From Candidatus Omnitrophota bacterium (lineage in GTDB: Bacteria > Omnitrophota > Gorgyraeia > Gygaellales > Profunditerraquicolaceae), in the NCBI GenBank assembly GCA_030650425.1, contig JAUSED010000009.1, positions 142,846 to 206,845 of the forward strand: a stretch of 64,000 nt of DNA, written 5' to 3'. A program made the position numbers and the translations under genes. This document shows positions 18,316 to 28,258 of this stretch, piece after piece (position 1 is the stretch's first letter; the number at the start of each line of letters is the position of its first letter). Below the pieces are notes generated by a model. The model saw only the letters and a program-made list of their open reading frames with translations. It was not told where the DNA came from and made no database searches.

Positions 18316-18331
18316 TACTTAAACTTACCGC
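18316..18331. repeat. Right 16-bp inverted repeat (partner of 16900..16915)
   Basis: ttacttaaacttaccg is the reverse complement of cggtaagtttaagtaa. Confidence 0.8.
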
Positions 18332-18406
18332 CTTCTTTTAGGCTTAACATTTCTGGGAAGATTTATAGATGAAACTACCGGGATTTTTTGGCTTTAATCG
18401 CCTATT

Positions 18407-19510
18407 TTATCTACGGGTTAAAATAACTTGGCTGGGATAAATTGTACCATCTCCAAAACGAGCGTTAATCCTATCTACTGCCTTCACCAAAGCCTCTCTT
18501 CGTTTTTCCTCAACTAATAAAGGAAGGTAGCCTTGCCGGCTTAAACCACTGGCAGTTACTCCCAGAGCCCGGATTTTATGGCCTTTTTTGGACATCCTAG
18601 CCATTATTTTAAGGGATCTCAGGTAGATCTCATAACTATCATTAGTGGCCATAGAGAAGGTTTTTTGGGCCTCAACATTGCCTATCTGTGGGCCATTTAG
18701 CCAAAGGTGAACCGTCTTAGCGGTCAGGCTTTGCTGGCGCAGACGCTCACCAACCATCTCAGATAACAGCCTAATCCAAGCAGTAATAAACTGGGGGTTT
18801 GCAAAAGCCCTTGGTAAGGTATATGAATGGCTTATAGACTTAGGGTACTTTTGAGTTTCCTCGGTTTCCTCAAACTTACCGGGATTTGCATCAAAGAATT
18901 CCGGTAAGTTTAGGTATACGTCCCAACAGGTTTTTAAGCCTTGAGCTCTTAAGCTTTGGCCGGTTTTGCCAGCCATCCCGCAGAGTTTCTCAAGCGGAGC
19001 GCGGCTTAGAATCTCCTTAAAATTACTCTCATCGATTAAAGTTATACCTTTTGGCTTATTAATTTTAGAGGCGAGCTTGGCTAAAAGCCAATTTTTAGCA
19101 ATACCAACCGAAGCAGTGATATTAAAGTTTGCATATATCTGCGCTTGAATTTGGACAGCTAATTGAAGCGGTTCAGAATAATCCTGAAGATCCATCTGGA
19201 ATTCATCCACTGAAGCATAATTCAGGCTGAAGCCGTAACCCTTAAGCAGCTCAAAGATCTGCTCTGAGGTCCAAATATACTTACCTTGGCTAGCCGCCAC
19301 AAATTCCAAATTTGAGCAAATACTAAAAGCTTCCCTTGAAGGCATACCGGAATGAATCCCTAAACGCTTGGCTTCATAACTGGCGGCGCAAACCACGGTA
19401 TGCATTTTATTAGCGCGCGAACCGATAATTAAGGGTTTATCTTTAAGGCGCGGGTTAATCGCCTGTTCAATTGAGGCAAAAAACGCATCCATATCAATAT
19501 GCAGGATCAT
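18407..19510 (-). CDS. dinB: DNA polymerase IV (Y-family)
   Basis: MILHIDMDAFFASIEQ N-terminus and overall Y-family architecture. Confidence 0.85.
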   Translation of the reverse strand: MILHIDMDAFFASIEQAINPRLKDKPLIIGSRANKMHTVVCAASYEAKRLGIHSGMPSREAFSICSNLEFVAASQGKYIWTSEQIFELLKGYGFSLNYASVDEFQMDLQDYSEPLQLAVQIQAQIYANFNITASVGIAKNWLLAKLASKINKPKGITLIDESNFKEILSRAPLEKLCGMAGKTGQSLRAQGLKTCWDVYLNLPEFFDANPGKFEETEETQKYPKSISHSYTLPRAFANPQFITAWIRLLSEMVGERLRQQSLTAKTVHLWLNGPQIGNVEAQKTFSMATNDSYEIYLRSLKIMARMSKKGHKIRALGVTASGLSRQGYLPLLVEEKRREALVKAVDRINARFGDGTIYPSQVILTRR

Positions 19511-19531
19511 ACTTAAACGAACCCGAGATTT

Positions 19532-19840
19532 TTATTGGATTATTTTATCAATCTGCCAGCGGAAGGTGGAATTATTAAATGATATTTGATAGAGCTGGCC
19601 GGCGCAAGCTACCGAAAAGTAATTGATTAAGGCCTGGCCAAAGCGTTCCTGCCAGTTATAGGTTATGTTATCGATCTTGTATTCCTTATTATTCCAAAGG
19701 AAAGTTTTAGGATAAATCCTGGCGTGCTTAAAATATGCCAGGACTTCGATACGTTCGGATAGATCATCCGGATTAAAACCGCATTTTTCCGGCTCAAACC
19801 TGTCCCAGCGAGCTTTAGGATTAAAACTATTTTGGTTCAT
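19532..19840 (-). CDS. Hypothetical protein
   Basis: 102-aa ORF downstream of the KilA-N gene, same strand. Confidence 0.3.
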   Translation of the reverse strand: MNQNSFNPKARWDRFEPEKCGFNPDDLSERIEVLAYFKHARIYPKTFLWNNKEYKIDNITYNWQERFGQALINYFSVACAGQLYQISFNNSTFRWQIDKIIQ

Positions 19841-19858
19841 TTTTACAAAGGCGTCAAC

Positions 19859-20674
19859 TCATCTCCTTAGCTTTCTTACCCCTCGATCATCGGTAAGTAA
19901 TTTCATCTGTTGAATGGCAATTCTATTCAGCTTTAATAATCTTTCTTCCTGATTAAAGTTTTCGCTAATAAATAAGGCGTTTAAATTCTCAAGATTTGAA
20001 AGACACACTAATTGAGATATATCAGCATAATCTCTAATGTTGCCCTTCTTCTCGGAATTTTTATCGCGCCAATCTCCGGCTGTCATACCAAACAAAGCCA
20101 TATTCAAAACATCAGCTTCTGAAGCATAAATATTATTTATTTGCGCTTTTGTAAGCTCATCAGGAATCAAATTTTCTTTTATGGCGTCAGTATGTATACG
20201 ATAGTTAATTTTTGTAAGATTACGCCGAATATCCCAACCAAGCTGTTTTAGTTCCTGATCTTTTAAACGCTGGAATTCCTTAATGAGATAAAGCTTAAAC
20301 TGAGGCGATATCCAAGATGCGAACTCGAAAGCAATATCCTTATGGGCGTAGGTGCCGCCGTTTCGGCCAGATTTAGATATTAATCCAATCGCGCTCGTTG
20401 TCTCTATCCATTTTTGCGGAGATAATACAAAGTAATTTACCCCAGCTTCATTCCTAAACTGGTCGAATTCGACCAGTTTAAAACCGGAATTGTTTAATTT
20501 CTCCCATAGGCCCAAAAATTCAATAGTACTTCTGCTTCGTAACCAATTTTTAACAATGTCAGCAGGCGCATCGCTATTTCTGTATTTGGCGATATCAGTC
20601 AGAGATATGTAACTCTGCTGTTCTCTGGATATTATGGAAATATCTCTACCTTGAACGTATAATATTTCTGCCAT
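19859..20674 (-). CDS. KilA-N domain protein
   Basis: N-terminus ILYVQGRDISIISREQQSYISLTDIAKYRNSDAPADIVKNWLRSRSTIEFLGLWEKLNN matches KilA-N. Confidence 0.7.
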   Translation of the reverse strand: MAEILYVQGRDISIISREQQSYISLTDIAKYRNSDAPADIVKNWLRSRSTIEFLGLWEKLNNSGFKLVEFDQFRNEAGVNYFVLSPQKWIETTSAIGLISKSGRNGGTYAHKDIAFEFASWISPQFKLYLIKEFQRLKDQELKQLGWDIRRNLTKINYRIHTDAIKENLIPDELTKAQINNIYASEADVLNMALFGMTAGDWRDKNSEKKGNIRDYADISQLVCLSNLENLNALFISENFNQEERLLKLNRIAIQQMKLLTDDRGVRKLRR

Positions 20675-20804
20675 TTTATCTTTAGCTCCTCTTTTAGCTT
20701 TGGCTATCTTTCCTCTTTTTGTACTATTTACCCTTATGTCTACCTTTTCAAGGGAAAATCATGATTACTGCTTAAAAACTGTTCAAATGTTTGGACCCTG
20801 GCAG

Positions 20805-21410
20805 TTAATATTTCCTAATCACCGTCATCAACTTACCAATGATCTTGAATTCTTCAAAAATTGGCGGGTAATTCGGGTTAGCCGCTTCCAAATGATATTT
20901 ATTACTTTTACGCGCCAGCCTTTTTAAGGTAACTTCGTTATTCTCCAAAAGCGCGGCCACAATTTCATTATTCTCGGCATAGGGCTGTTTCTTGATGATC
21001 GCCACATCGCCATCCAGGATCCCGGCATCAATCATACTGTCGCCTTTAACCCTTAAAGCAAAAACATCATCAAAGCCTAAACGGCCCAGAAACAAATTAT
21101 CCACATCGACATAACCCTGGATTTCTTCATAAGCCAGATTCGGCTTACCAGCCATGATCGTACCAATTATAGGAATCTTATTAAAACCAGCGCGTTCAGT
21201 TAACTCAATCGCCCGAGATTTATTATTCATCCGCCTGACCAATCCTTTCTGCTCTAAAGCCTTTAGATAGTCCCTTACTGTACCGGTAGATTTAAACCCC
21301 AGCTCCCCTGCTATTTCCCTAATCGTAGGAGGCAGCCTCTCCCCTATCCGTTTACGGATAAAATTAAGCACTTTTTCCTGCTTTGGAGTCAAAAACGGTT
21401 TATCTCGCAT
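20805..21410 (-). CDS. lexA: LexA repressor
   Basis: N-terminal wHTH (LTPKQEKVLNFIRKR...VRDYLKALEQKGLV) plus S24 peptidase region GDSMIDAGILDGDVAIIKKQ; starts 3 nt after recQ stop. Confidence 0.85.
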   Translation of the reverse strand: MRDKPFLTPKQEKVLNFIRKRIGERLPPTIREIAGELGFKSTGTVRDYLKALEQKGLVRRMNNKSRAIELTERAGFNKIPIIGTIMAGKPNLAYEEIQGYVDVDNLFLGRLGFDDVFALRVKGDSMIDAGILDGDVAIIKKQPYAENNEIVAALLENNEVTLKRLARKSNKYHLEAANPNYPPIFEEFKIIGKLMTVIRKY

Positions 21411-21412
21411 AG

Positions 21413-23260
21413 TTATTCCTTTTTCCTTTCAGTATATTCTTTAATAATGGCAATAAATTGCTCAGCATATAACTTAAGCTTATGCTCACCGACTCCGAAA
21501 ACCGTGGCAAAGGCCTCAGATGTAAGCGGCTTGATCATCGACATATCCTTTAATGACCTGTCCCCGAAAATAATATAGGCCGGCACACCCTGCTTCTGAG
21601 CTAATTGGGCCCTCTTTCTACGCAATAACTCAAACAGTGTTCCATCCACCTGCGCCCAATCCTTAGCCTTCTTTTCTCTTTGCTTGGCACTAATCTCTTT
21701 TCTCTTCTTTGCTATTAACGGCTTGGCTAAAATCGGAGTTACCTCGCCGCCTAAAAGCCGCCGGCCGAAATCAGTTAAAGAAAGCGTGGCATATTCTCCA
21801 TCGCGCCTCAAAAAACCCTGGCCAACAAGCTGCTCAATCATAAAACGGATAAATACCAGCGGCTCCTCCGGCATACTCCCAAAACACGCTGCCTGCTGAT
21901 GCCGCCAGCGGCTAATCTGCTCGGTAAGATTCCCCTTTAAAAGATTAGCGATATACCCCGCGCCAAACCCCTGCCCATGCTCAAAGCTTATGCTCTGGAC
22001 GCATCTCAATATCCCCTGTCCGATTTTCAAAGGCTCATCCACCATCTCTACTTCTTGCAGGCAATAATCACAGGCCTGACAGTTCTGGCCGCGGTAATCT
22101 TGATTGAAATAATCCACGATGATCTTATGCCGGCATTGCGGCCGGGCGCAGAAGTTATAGATTGCCTGCAGTTTATCCATCATCACCTCTTTATTCGGTG
22201 ATTGTTTTAAAAAGAAGCTCCAAACGCGAAAATCCCCTCCTCCATAAAACATATAACAATACGCGGACAAACTATCCCTTCCCGCGCGGCCGGTTTCCTG
22301 ATGATAGTGCTCGATGCTCTTAGGCATCGCGGCGTGGATCACAAAACGAATATCCGGCCGGTCTATACCCATGCCAAACGCGACAGTAGCGACAATGATA
22401 TCGACTTCCTCGCGGATAAAACTCTCCTGATTGGCATGACGCTCTCCATCGGAAAGTCCGGCGTGATAAGGAAGATTCTTGAATCCAAGTTCATTAAGCC
22501 GCGCGGAGATATCATCCACATCATCGCGGCGCAAACAATAAATAATCCCGGCTTCCAGCCGGTGCCGTTCTAAAAGCTCGGTAATCTGTGAAATGATATT
22601 TAGGCGCGGCATAACCCGATAAACCAAATTAGGGCGGTCAACTGAAGCAATGTTGATGAATGGATGACCAAGATTTAACTGCCCGAGTATATCCAAACAA
22701 ACCTCTTTAGTAGCTGTGGCGGTAAAAGCATGGATATTGGCCGAAGCGAAATTTTCTTTAATAAAGTTTAAGCCCCGGTAATCTTCCCGGAAATCATGGC
22801 CCCAGTGGCTGATGCAATGCGCCTCATCAATCACAAAAAATGAAAGCGGAACTGACTTTAGTAAACTAACGGTTGGTTCCGCGCGCAGGCGCTCAGGAGA
22901 AATATACAAAAGCTTAATCCGGCTTTGGCGGATACGCGCGGCCACAGCGCGTTGCTCTTCAACCGGCTGGCTGGAATTAAGGCATTCCGCCTCAATTCCC
23001 ATCTCCTTAAGCCCATCCACCTGATCTTTCATTAGAGAAATTAAGGGTGAAATCACTACCGCCATCCCTTCTTTCAGTAAAGCCGGAAGCTGAAAACACA
23101 GAGACTTACCGCCGCCAGTGGGCAATACCGTAAGACTATCCCGCTCATCCAGAATCGCCAAAATAGTATCCTCCTGCCACGGACGGAATCGCGCGTACCC
23201 CCAGTAGCGTTTTAAACAATCGAGCATTTCCCCAGATATATACTTCTTAGTTAGTTCCAT
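21413..23260 (-). CDS. recQ: RecQ-family ATP-dependent DNA helicase
   Basis: LPTGGGKSLCFQLPAL, DEAHCISHWGHDFR, RQC zinc region, C-terminal HRDC-like. Confidence 0.85.
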   Translation of the reverse strand: MELTKKYISGEMLDCLKRYWGYARFRPWQEDTILAILDERDSLTVLPTGGGKSLCFQLPALLKEGMAVVISPLISLMKDQVDGLKEMGIEAECLNSSQPVEEQRAVAARIRQSRIKLLYISPERLRAEPTVSLLKSVPLSFFVIDEAHCISHWGHDFREDYRGLNFIKENFASANIHAFTATATKEVCLDILGQLNLGHPFINIASVDRPNLVYRVMPRLNIISQITELLERHRLEAGIIYCLRRDDVDDISARLNELGFKNLPYHAGLSDGERHANQESFIREEVDIIVATVAFGMGIDRPDIRFVIHAAMPKSIEHYHQETGRAGRDSLSAYCYMFYGGGDFRVWSFFLKQSPNKEVMMDKLQAIYNFCARPQCRHKIIVDYFNQDYRGQNCQACDYCLQEVEMVDEPLKIGQGILRCVQSISFEHGQGFGAGYIANLLKGNLTEQISRWRHQQAACFGSMPEEPLVFIRFMIEQLVGQGFLRRDGEYATLSLTDFGRRLLGGEVTPILAKPLIAKKRKEISAKQREKKAKDWAQVDGTLFELLRRKRAQLAQKQGVPAYIIFGDRSLKDMSMIKPLTSEAFATVFGVGEHKLKLYAEQFIAIIKEYTERKKE

Positions 23261-23277
23261 CTTCTTATTAACTTTGT

Positions 23278-23724
23278 TTATAATGTATTATCGAAATTAT
23301 GCTCGGTCGGTGACAATTTGTCACCGACTCGCTGCCCTCTTTTTTCAATCTTTCTTTCAGCTTGTTCCAGTATTTTCTCGCGGTTTGAAAATCCTTCTGC
23401 CTGGCGAAAACGCGTGGCAATATTAGATTTGACCCGATATCCAACGGAAATAATCATATCCAGATTATAATATAATGTCTTATAAGATTTCCGATCTAAA
23501 GCAGTTGTCAAGAATTCCTTGACAACTGAATCCTTGTCAAGCTCCCCTTCTTCAAAAATATTCTTAATATGAAGACTTACGTTTTGCTTAGTAGTCTGAA
23601 ACAGTTCCGCCATCAACTGCTGAGTCAGCCAGACCGTTTCATTTTGGAAACGAACATCAATTTTAATTTTTCCGTCTTCAGCCTGATAGATTATCAACTC
23701 AGATTTATTTTCTTTATTTTTCAT
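23278..23724 (-). CDS. RhuM-family (virulence RhuM-like) protein
   Basis: LIIYQAEDGKIKIDVRFQNETVWLTQQLMAELF...YNLDMIISVGYRVKSNIATRFRQ matches RhuM N-terminal signature. Confidence 0.7.
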   Translation of the reverse strand: MKNKENKSELIIYQAEDGKIKIDVRFQNETVWLTQQLMAELFQTTKQNVSLHIKNIFEEGELDKDSVVKEFLTTALDRKSYKTLYYNLDMIISVGYRVKSNIATRFRQAEGFSNREKILEQAERKIEKRGQRVGDKLSPTEHNFDNTL

Positions 23725-23855
23725 TGACTCGCTCCTTTTAAACTTTTACCTTTAGCCCACCTTTACTTTTTAACTTTTATACATTACCACACATTTGTGT
23801 GGTTTGTCAAGAAAAAAGAGAGATACGAAGTATCGTATCCCCGAATTGGCGCTTT

Positions 23856-24107
23856 TTAAGCTTTTCTTTTTAAATTATCAGGCGAATTAACCGCGGTAAT
23901 ATTTGTTGATTGTATGACATACAGAGGATTGCCTTCGTTATCATACTTACTATCCACCCGAAGCACTTTTGTAGCAACGAGTTTGATTTTGACAACCGTG
24001 CCATCATCTAATAAGTACTGATTCCAGTATTCATTTGTCTGATTAATATCAACTGGCGTAGCTTCCATTTCTTCACCGCCAAAATTAATCTTTACTTTAT
24101 TCGACAT
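23856..24107 (-). CDS. Hypothetical small protein
   Basis: 83-aa ORF with no recognisable family. Confidence 0.3.
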   Translation of the reverse strand: MSNKVKINFGGEEMEATPVDINQTNEYWNQYLLDDGTVVKIKLVATKVLRVDSKYDNEGNPLYVIQSTNITAVNSPDNLKRKA

Positions 24108-24321
24108 AGGATTCTCCTGTTTTGTAACTGAAAATCACCAATCTTACTTTCAAGAAAAAATAAATTGGGGAATTTAATTTCAAAAGCTACTTCTCTTACG
24201 GAAAGATAGCTTTATTATAGACCATTCCTACAAAAAAGCATCAAAAATTATAGCTTAACAAGCTCTTTTTGCAACTCTCCCCACAGGTTTAGATTACCTC
24301 ATTCTTTAATCAGGGTAATCA

Positions 24322-24375
24322 GGGGGACACTTTCCTTTTAAGAGTTTCTGATAGCCCTGACAGAAAATGTCCCCT
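24322..24375. repeat. GGGGACACTTTCC...GAAAATGTCCCC hairpin element
   Basis: 13-nt arms separated by ~27-nt loop containing ctgatagccctgaca. Confidence 0.8.
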
Positions 24376-24394
24376 GCCCCGTTGCTGTTGTTGA

Positions 24395-25843
24395 CTAAGC
24401 GCTTTTCAATAATAGAATCACCTGTGAGAGGTCGCGGAAGCCGGATTCGCGGCGGTTGGAGGCGACCGCGGAATTTACATCCCTTACCTTTGCATAGCCG
24501 TAGGTTTTGATTAACCCTATATAAATCTCGATCTTCTCCAAGTCTTTAGGTTCATTAAGCTGGCTGGAGAGTTCACTGGCTTTCTGGGTTATATCCGAGC
24601 CGTATTTATCGTATAGGGCCTGAAGCGAATGTTGAAATTGCTCCTGAGATTGCAAAGGATTGAGGCGGTAGTCGTTGGCTGGGCGATCGTCGAATTCTCC
24701 GGGCTCTTCTGGCCTGTGGCTTTGGCTATCGGAAGGCAAACCACTGCCTTGTGGCTTGTGGCGGTAAACCTCTAAGATATTTTCTTTCTCCAGTTCGGTT
24801 ACGGCGTCGGTAATCGAACGCTCGGAGATGTAATATATCCGGCTTAAGTCCTCGTTACTTCTGAACCAGTAGGGATTATGCTTCGATTTTTGAGCCTCAC
24901 TGAGAGAAACCAGCAACATATATTTTGCCGGGAAGGAGAGTTTTTGGCAGAAACCATACTCCCAGTAAGTATCCGGAATAGTAATCTCTGACTCAGAAGA
25001 TGTGTATACCAGATTAAGGTCTTTGCTCCAAGGTTTATGCTGGATAAGGCCGTATTTTCGGGTTAGTTTGCTTAAGGGCTGAAAGAGATTAAAGTAGTAA
25101 TTTCTAGTGTAACCCAAGGCCTGAGCGAATTCCTGATAGTTAATTTTTATTGTGTTTGAATGCTGATTTTGGGCTTTTTTTGCCAGATATAGATACAGAT
25201 CAAAGGCTTTTTCTGAATGACTGGTGAAAAGATCAAATAAAAGAGGTTTAGGCGGAGAAGTTAGCAGACTAACAGGCAGTTTTAGGCCTTGTGGATGTTC
25301 AGGCTGGATAGGCGGCTGAAGGCTTAGTTCTATATTAGAGATATACTCCAGTAATTTCTTCGCCTGTCGCGGGTTCTCTATGTAAGCGGCGAATTCGTAG
25401 TTATTGTATAAAGAGGCGCGGGACCAGTTAAAGCTGCCAAGGATAGAGATTTTGGAATCAATGACTATGCCTTTAGCGTGGAGCACGGCTTTAGTACTAT
25501 CAATGAATACGTCTATGCCGGCTTGTTGCAGGCGTTTATAGGCATTGTAATTAACTTTGAAGATAGTGTCATCTAAGATGACCTTGACGTAGACGCCTCT
25601 TTTTTTGGCGCTGATCAGATCTTCCAGAAGGATTGAGGCGGGACTATCGGTAGGGGTGGATTCTACATTAATGAGATACATCGCCATGTAGATTGATTCT
25701 TTGGCATTCTGAATGGCCTGACGCGTGCTTTGGAAATAGTCCGGCCCAAGAAGGATGTTAGTTTCGGAGGTAAAGCCGGGGGTGACGGTGAATACGATTG
25801 AAATTATAAGAATTGAGAATAAGATACGGCGCATTTTAATCAA
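24395..25843 (-). CDS. Secreted phospholipase D/Nuc-family (single HKD) protein with C-terminal wHTH-like repeats
   Basis: Signal peptide MIKMRRILFSILIISIVFTVTPGFTS; HKD motif HAKGIVIDSKISILGSFNWSRAS; two wH-like segments in the C-terminal half. Confidence 0.65.
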   Translation of the reverse strand: MIKMRRILFSILIISIVFTVTPGFTSETNILLGPDYFQSTRQAIQNAKESIYMAMYLINVESTPTDSPASILLEDLISAKKRGVYVKVILDDTIFKVNYNAYKRLQQAGIDVFIDSTKAVLHAKGIVIDSKISILGSFNWSRASLYNNYEFAAYIENPRQAKKLLEYISNIELSLQPPIQPEHPQGLKLPVSLLTSPPKPLLFDLFTSHSEKAFDLYLYLAKKAQNQHSNTIKINYQEFAQALGYTRNYYFNLFQPLSKLTRKYGLIQHKPWSKDLNLVYTSSESEITIPDTYWEYGFCQKLSFPAKYMLLVSLSEAQKSKHNPYWFRSNEDLSRIYYISERSITDAVTELEKENILEVYRHKPQGSGLPSDSQSHRPEEPGEFDDRPANDYRLNPLQSQEQFQHSLQALYDKYGSDITQKASELSSQLNEPKDLEKIEIYIGLIKTYGYAKVRDVNSAVASNRRESGFRDLSQVILLLKSA

Positions 25844-25936
25844 TTGTAGCTTTTTCGCAAATCTATGTCAATAATAATAAGGGCTGGATAGTTAAACCCA
25901 GCCCTTAAGAGAAAAACCCGATTCTCAAACTTTAAA

Positions 25937-26305
25937 CTAACTTCTTGCTGCCTCCTTATAGACCCCGAGCACTTCACCGGTATCCTTATCAACAAATACC
26001 CAGATGTCCGGAAGTGATTCTTTATAATCAAAAAAGACTATCTTGTAATTCTTGAGAAAACCATTTCGCATAATTCCATGATTTGGCGACTTATCTTCGC
26101 CTACCAGATAACCCACTCTCTCGCTCCAGAGTTTTCCACCCTCATCATAAATAACAGCAACATCCTTTAAATCAAAATTATTCGCTTTTACCGCTTCAGT
26201 AGCTATAGCAATAACCTCAGTATTTGTTTTCTCCTCAGCGCAAAGCAAAGATACGGCTGAAAATAAAAACATTACCATTAACGCTACTACTGTGAACCTC
26301 TTCAT
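25937..26305 (-). CDS. Secreted hypothetical protein
   Basis: N-terminal signal peptide MKRFTVVALMVMFLFSAVSLLCA. Confidence 0.4.
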   Translation of the reverse strand: MKRFTVVALMVMFLFSAVSLLCAEEKTNTEVIAIATEAVKANNFDLKDVAVIYDEGGKLWSERVGYLVGEDKSPNHGIMRNGFLKNYKIVFFDYKESLPDIWVFVDKDTGEVLGVYKEAARS

Positions 26306-26364
26306 CTTCTCCCCCTTTCTGATATAAAAACCAAGAACCTTCTCCTACGAGGAACGGCCCTCTG

Positions 26365-26877
26365 TCACCGTGCAGCCATAAGATAACCCCTTGCCCTTTC
26401 AGCCAATTTATAACGCGCAACAATATCCCAGAATGCCTTGCTGTGATTTGGTTCGATTAAATGCGCCATTTCGTGTATTACAACATACTTTCTGACCCAC
26501 TCCGGCATCAGGCCTATTTTATGCGAGATGCGAATCCTGGCGGCGCGATAATTACAGCAACCAAACCTGCTATTCTGCGTAGTGACATACTCTATTGATT
26601 CTAATTTAACCTTATTACCAAAATATTTTTCATTCAACGAACTCGCCAAATCCAAAAGATTCTGTTCTTTATCCAACTCCGCCTTAATCTTTTTTCTTTC
26701 GAATTTTAATTTAAAACCACTTACAATCTTATCCAAACGCTCTTGAGCCAGCATTAAGGGAGCATTAACTAAAAGCAGGTCATTAACTAATCTAGCGCTC
26801 ACTGTTCTGCGGCGCCTCGAACTACGGATTATTTTTACTTCCATATTTTTCCAATACTCTGGCAAATACCCGTACAA
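26365..26877 (-). CDS. YgjP/DUF45-family metal-dependent hydrolase (SprT-like HExxH)
   Basis: VVIHEMAHLIEPNHSKAFW zinc-binding motif. Confidence 0.7.
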   Translation of the reverse strand: MYGYLPEYWKNMEVKIIRSSRRRRTVSARLVNDLLLVNAPLMLAQERLDKIVSGFKLKFERKKIKAELDKEQNLLDLASSLNEKYFGNKVKLESIEYVTTQNSRFGCCNYRAARIRISHKIGLMPEWVRKYVVIHEMAHLIEPNHSKAFWDIVARYKLAERARGYLMAAR

Positions 26878-28240
26878 CCTCAGGACTAAACTGGGTTCCC
26901 GCGCATTTTTCTATCCTCGCCAACGCCTCTTTTTTGGTTAACGCCGTATTATAAGAACGCGAGGTAATCATCGCGTCATACGCATCCGCGACCGCGACGA
27001 TCTGCGCGAAAATATCGATCTGATCGGCTTTCAAGCCGTCAGGATAACCTTTGCCGTCATAATGTTCATGATGCGACCGAACCACAGAAAGCATTTGCGG
27101 ATCCGAGACTACGGGTTTTAATATCTCTTCTCCTACCTCAGGGTGTTTATGGACGATATCCCATTCACTTTCCGACAGGCCCTCTTTCTTATTCAATATA
27201 TCCTCATGGATGCCTAATTTTCCGATATCATGCAGCTGCGCTGTTTTTTTCAGTAATTCCGCCTTTTCAAGAGGCACCCCCATTTCCAGCGCGATCCCAT
27301 AGGCATATTCCCCAACCCTGTCCGAGTGGCCGCGGGTATAAGGATCTTTTGCTTCTAAGCTGCGCACCATTGCCTGCACCACGCGATAAAAATAATCGCG
27401 TAATTTGTCCCGGGCAGCTGCCAGGCTTGAGGCCATATTATTAAAAGAGGCGGCGAGTTGGCCAATCTCATCCTGAGAGGAAATCTCCACTCGATATTCC
27501 AAGTCGCCTTTGGTTATATGCTTAGTGCCGTCAATTAATTTTTTAATCGGAGCGATTATTCTGGCGGAAAATATGAAACCGAGGCCCAAGGCAATAATCA
27601 CACCCATAAACAAGACAAATATACCCCTGTATAATAAATCTCTTCCGGCAGAATAGACATCAGCGGCATCTATATCTATACCCAAAATAGCAACAGGACT
27701 GTTTCTCTGATCAAAAATAGGCGCATACCCTGAAAGAAGTTTACCCCATTCATCAATAGTCAAGTTAGTGTCCACGCTGGCTCCGGTAAAGGCCTTAAGC
27801 ATTTCGGGAAAACGCTGGGCATCGTATTTATCACCGGGATAAGATGTCGCTCCCAACCTGGTAATTCTTTCTGTCAGCGCGTCAGGATCAACCACAAACT
27901 GCCAGATACCCGGCTGATCTGTTTTGGCCATTATATAGATATACCTAATAACCGGATTAACCTGTTTTATTTTTAACAACTGGATAGCAATGTTCTTAAA
28001 GGAAGGGTTATTTATTCCCTCACGATTGAGTGGAATATTATTCAGCGCGGCGGCATCAATGGAAAGAGCGGCTGTTTGAGTAATTACCTTAAGTTTATCT
28101 CTAAGCTGATCGAACTGTGATTTTAAACTGTATCTAAAAAGGATAAAATTCCCCAGCAGCGCCACAAATAATAAAGAGAGAGTAAAAGACAGGGTTACCT
28201 TTACGTAAAAACTATTAAAAATTGATCTTTTCTTTTTCAT
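26822..28240 (-). CDS. Membrane sensor with periplasmic (Cache-like) domain, HAMP and HD-GYP c-di-GMP phosphodiesterase domain
   Basis: Two TM segments; HAMP; HD...HHEHYDGKGYPDGL HD-GYP signature. Confidence 0.75.
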   Translation of the reverse strand: MKKKRSIFNSFYVKVTLSFTLSLLFVALLGNFILFRYSLKSQFDQLRDKLKVITQTAALSIDAAALNNIPLNREGINNPSFKNIAIQLLKIKQVNPVIRYIYIMAKTDQPGIWQFVVDPDALTERITRLGATSYPGDKYDAQRFPEMLKAFTGASVDTNLTIDEWGKLLSGYAPIFDQRNSPVAILGIDIDAADVYSAGRDLLYRGIFVLFMGVIIALGLGFIFSARIIAPIKKLIDGTKHITKGDLEYRVEISSQDEIGQLAASFNNMASSLAAARDKLRDYFYRVVQAMVRSLEAKDPYTRGHSDRVGEYAYGIALEMGVPLEKAELLKKTAQLHDIGKLGIHEDILNKKEGLSESEWDIVHKHPEVGEEILKPVVSDPQMLSVVRSHHEHYDGKGYPDGLKADQIDIFAQIVAVADAYDAMITSRSYNTALTKKEALARIEKCAGTQFSPEVVRVFARVLEKYGSKNNP

Positions 28241-28258
28241 ATATCTTAAGTGAAGCTA

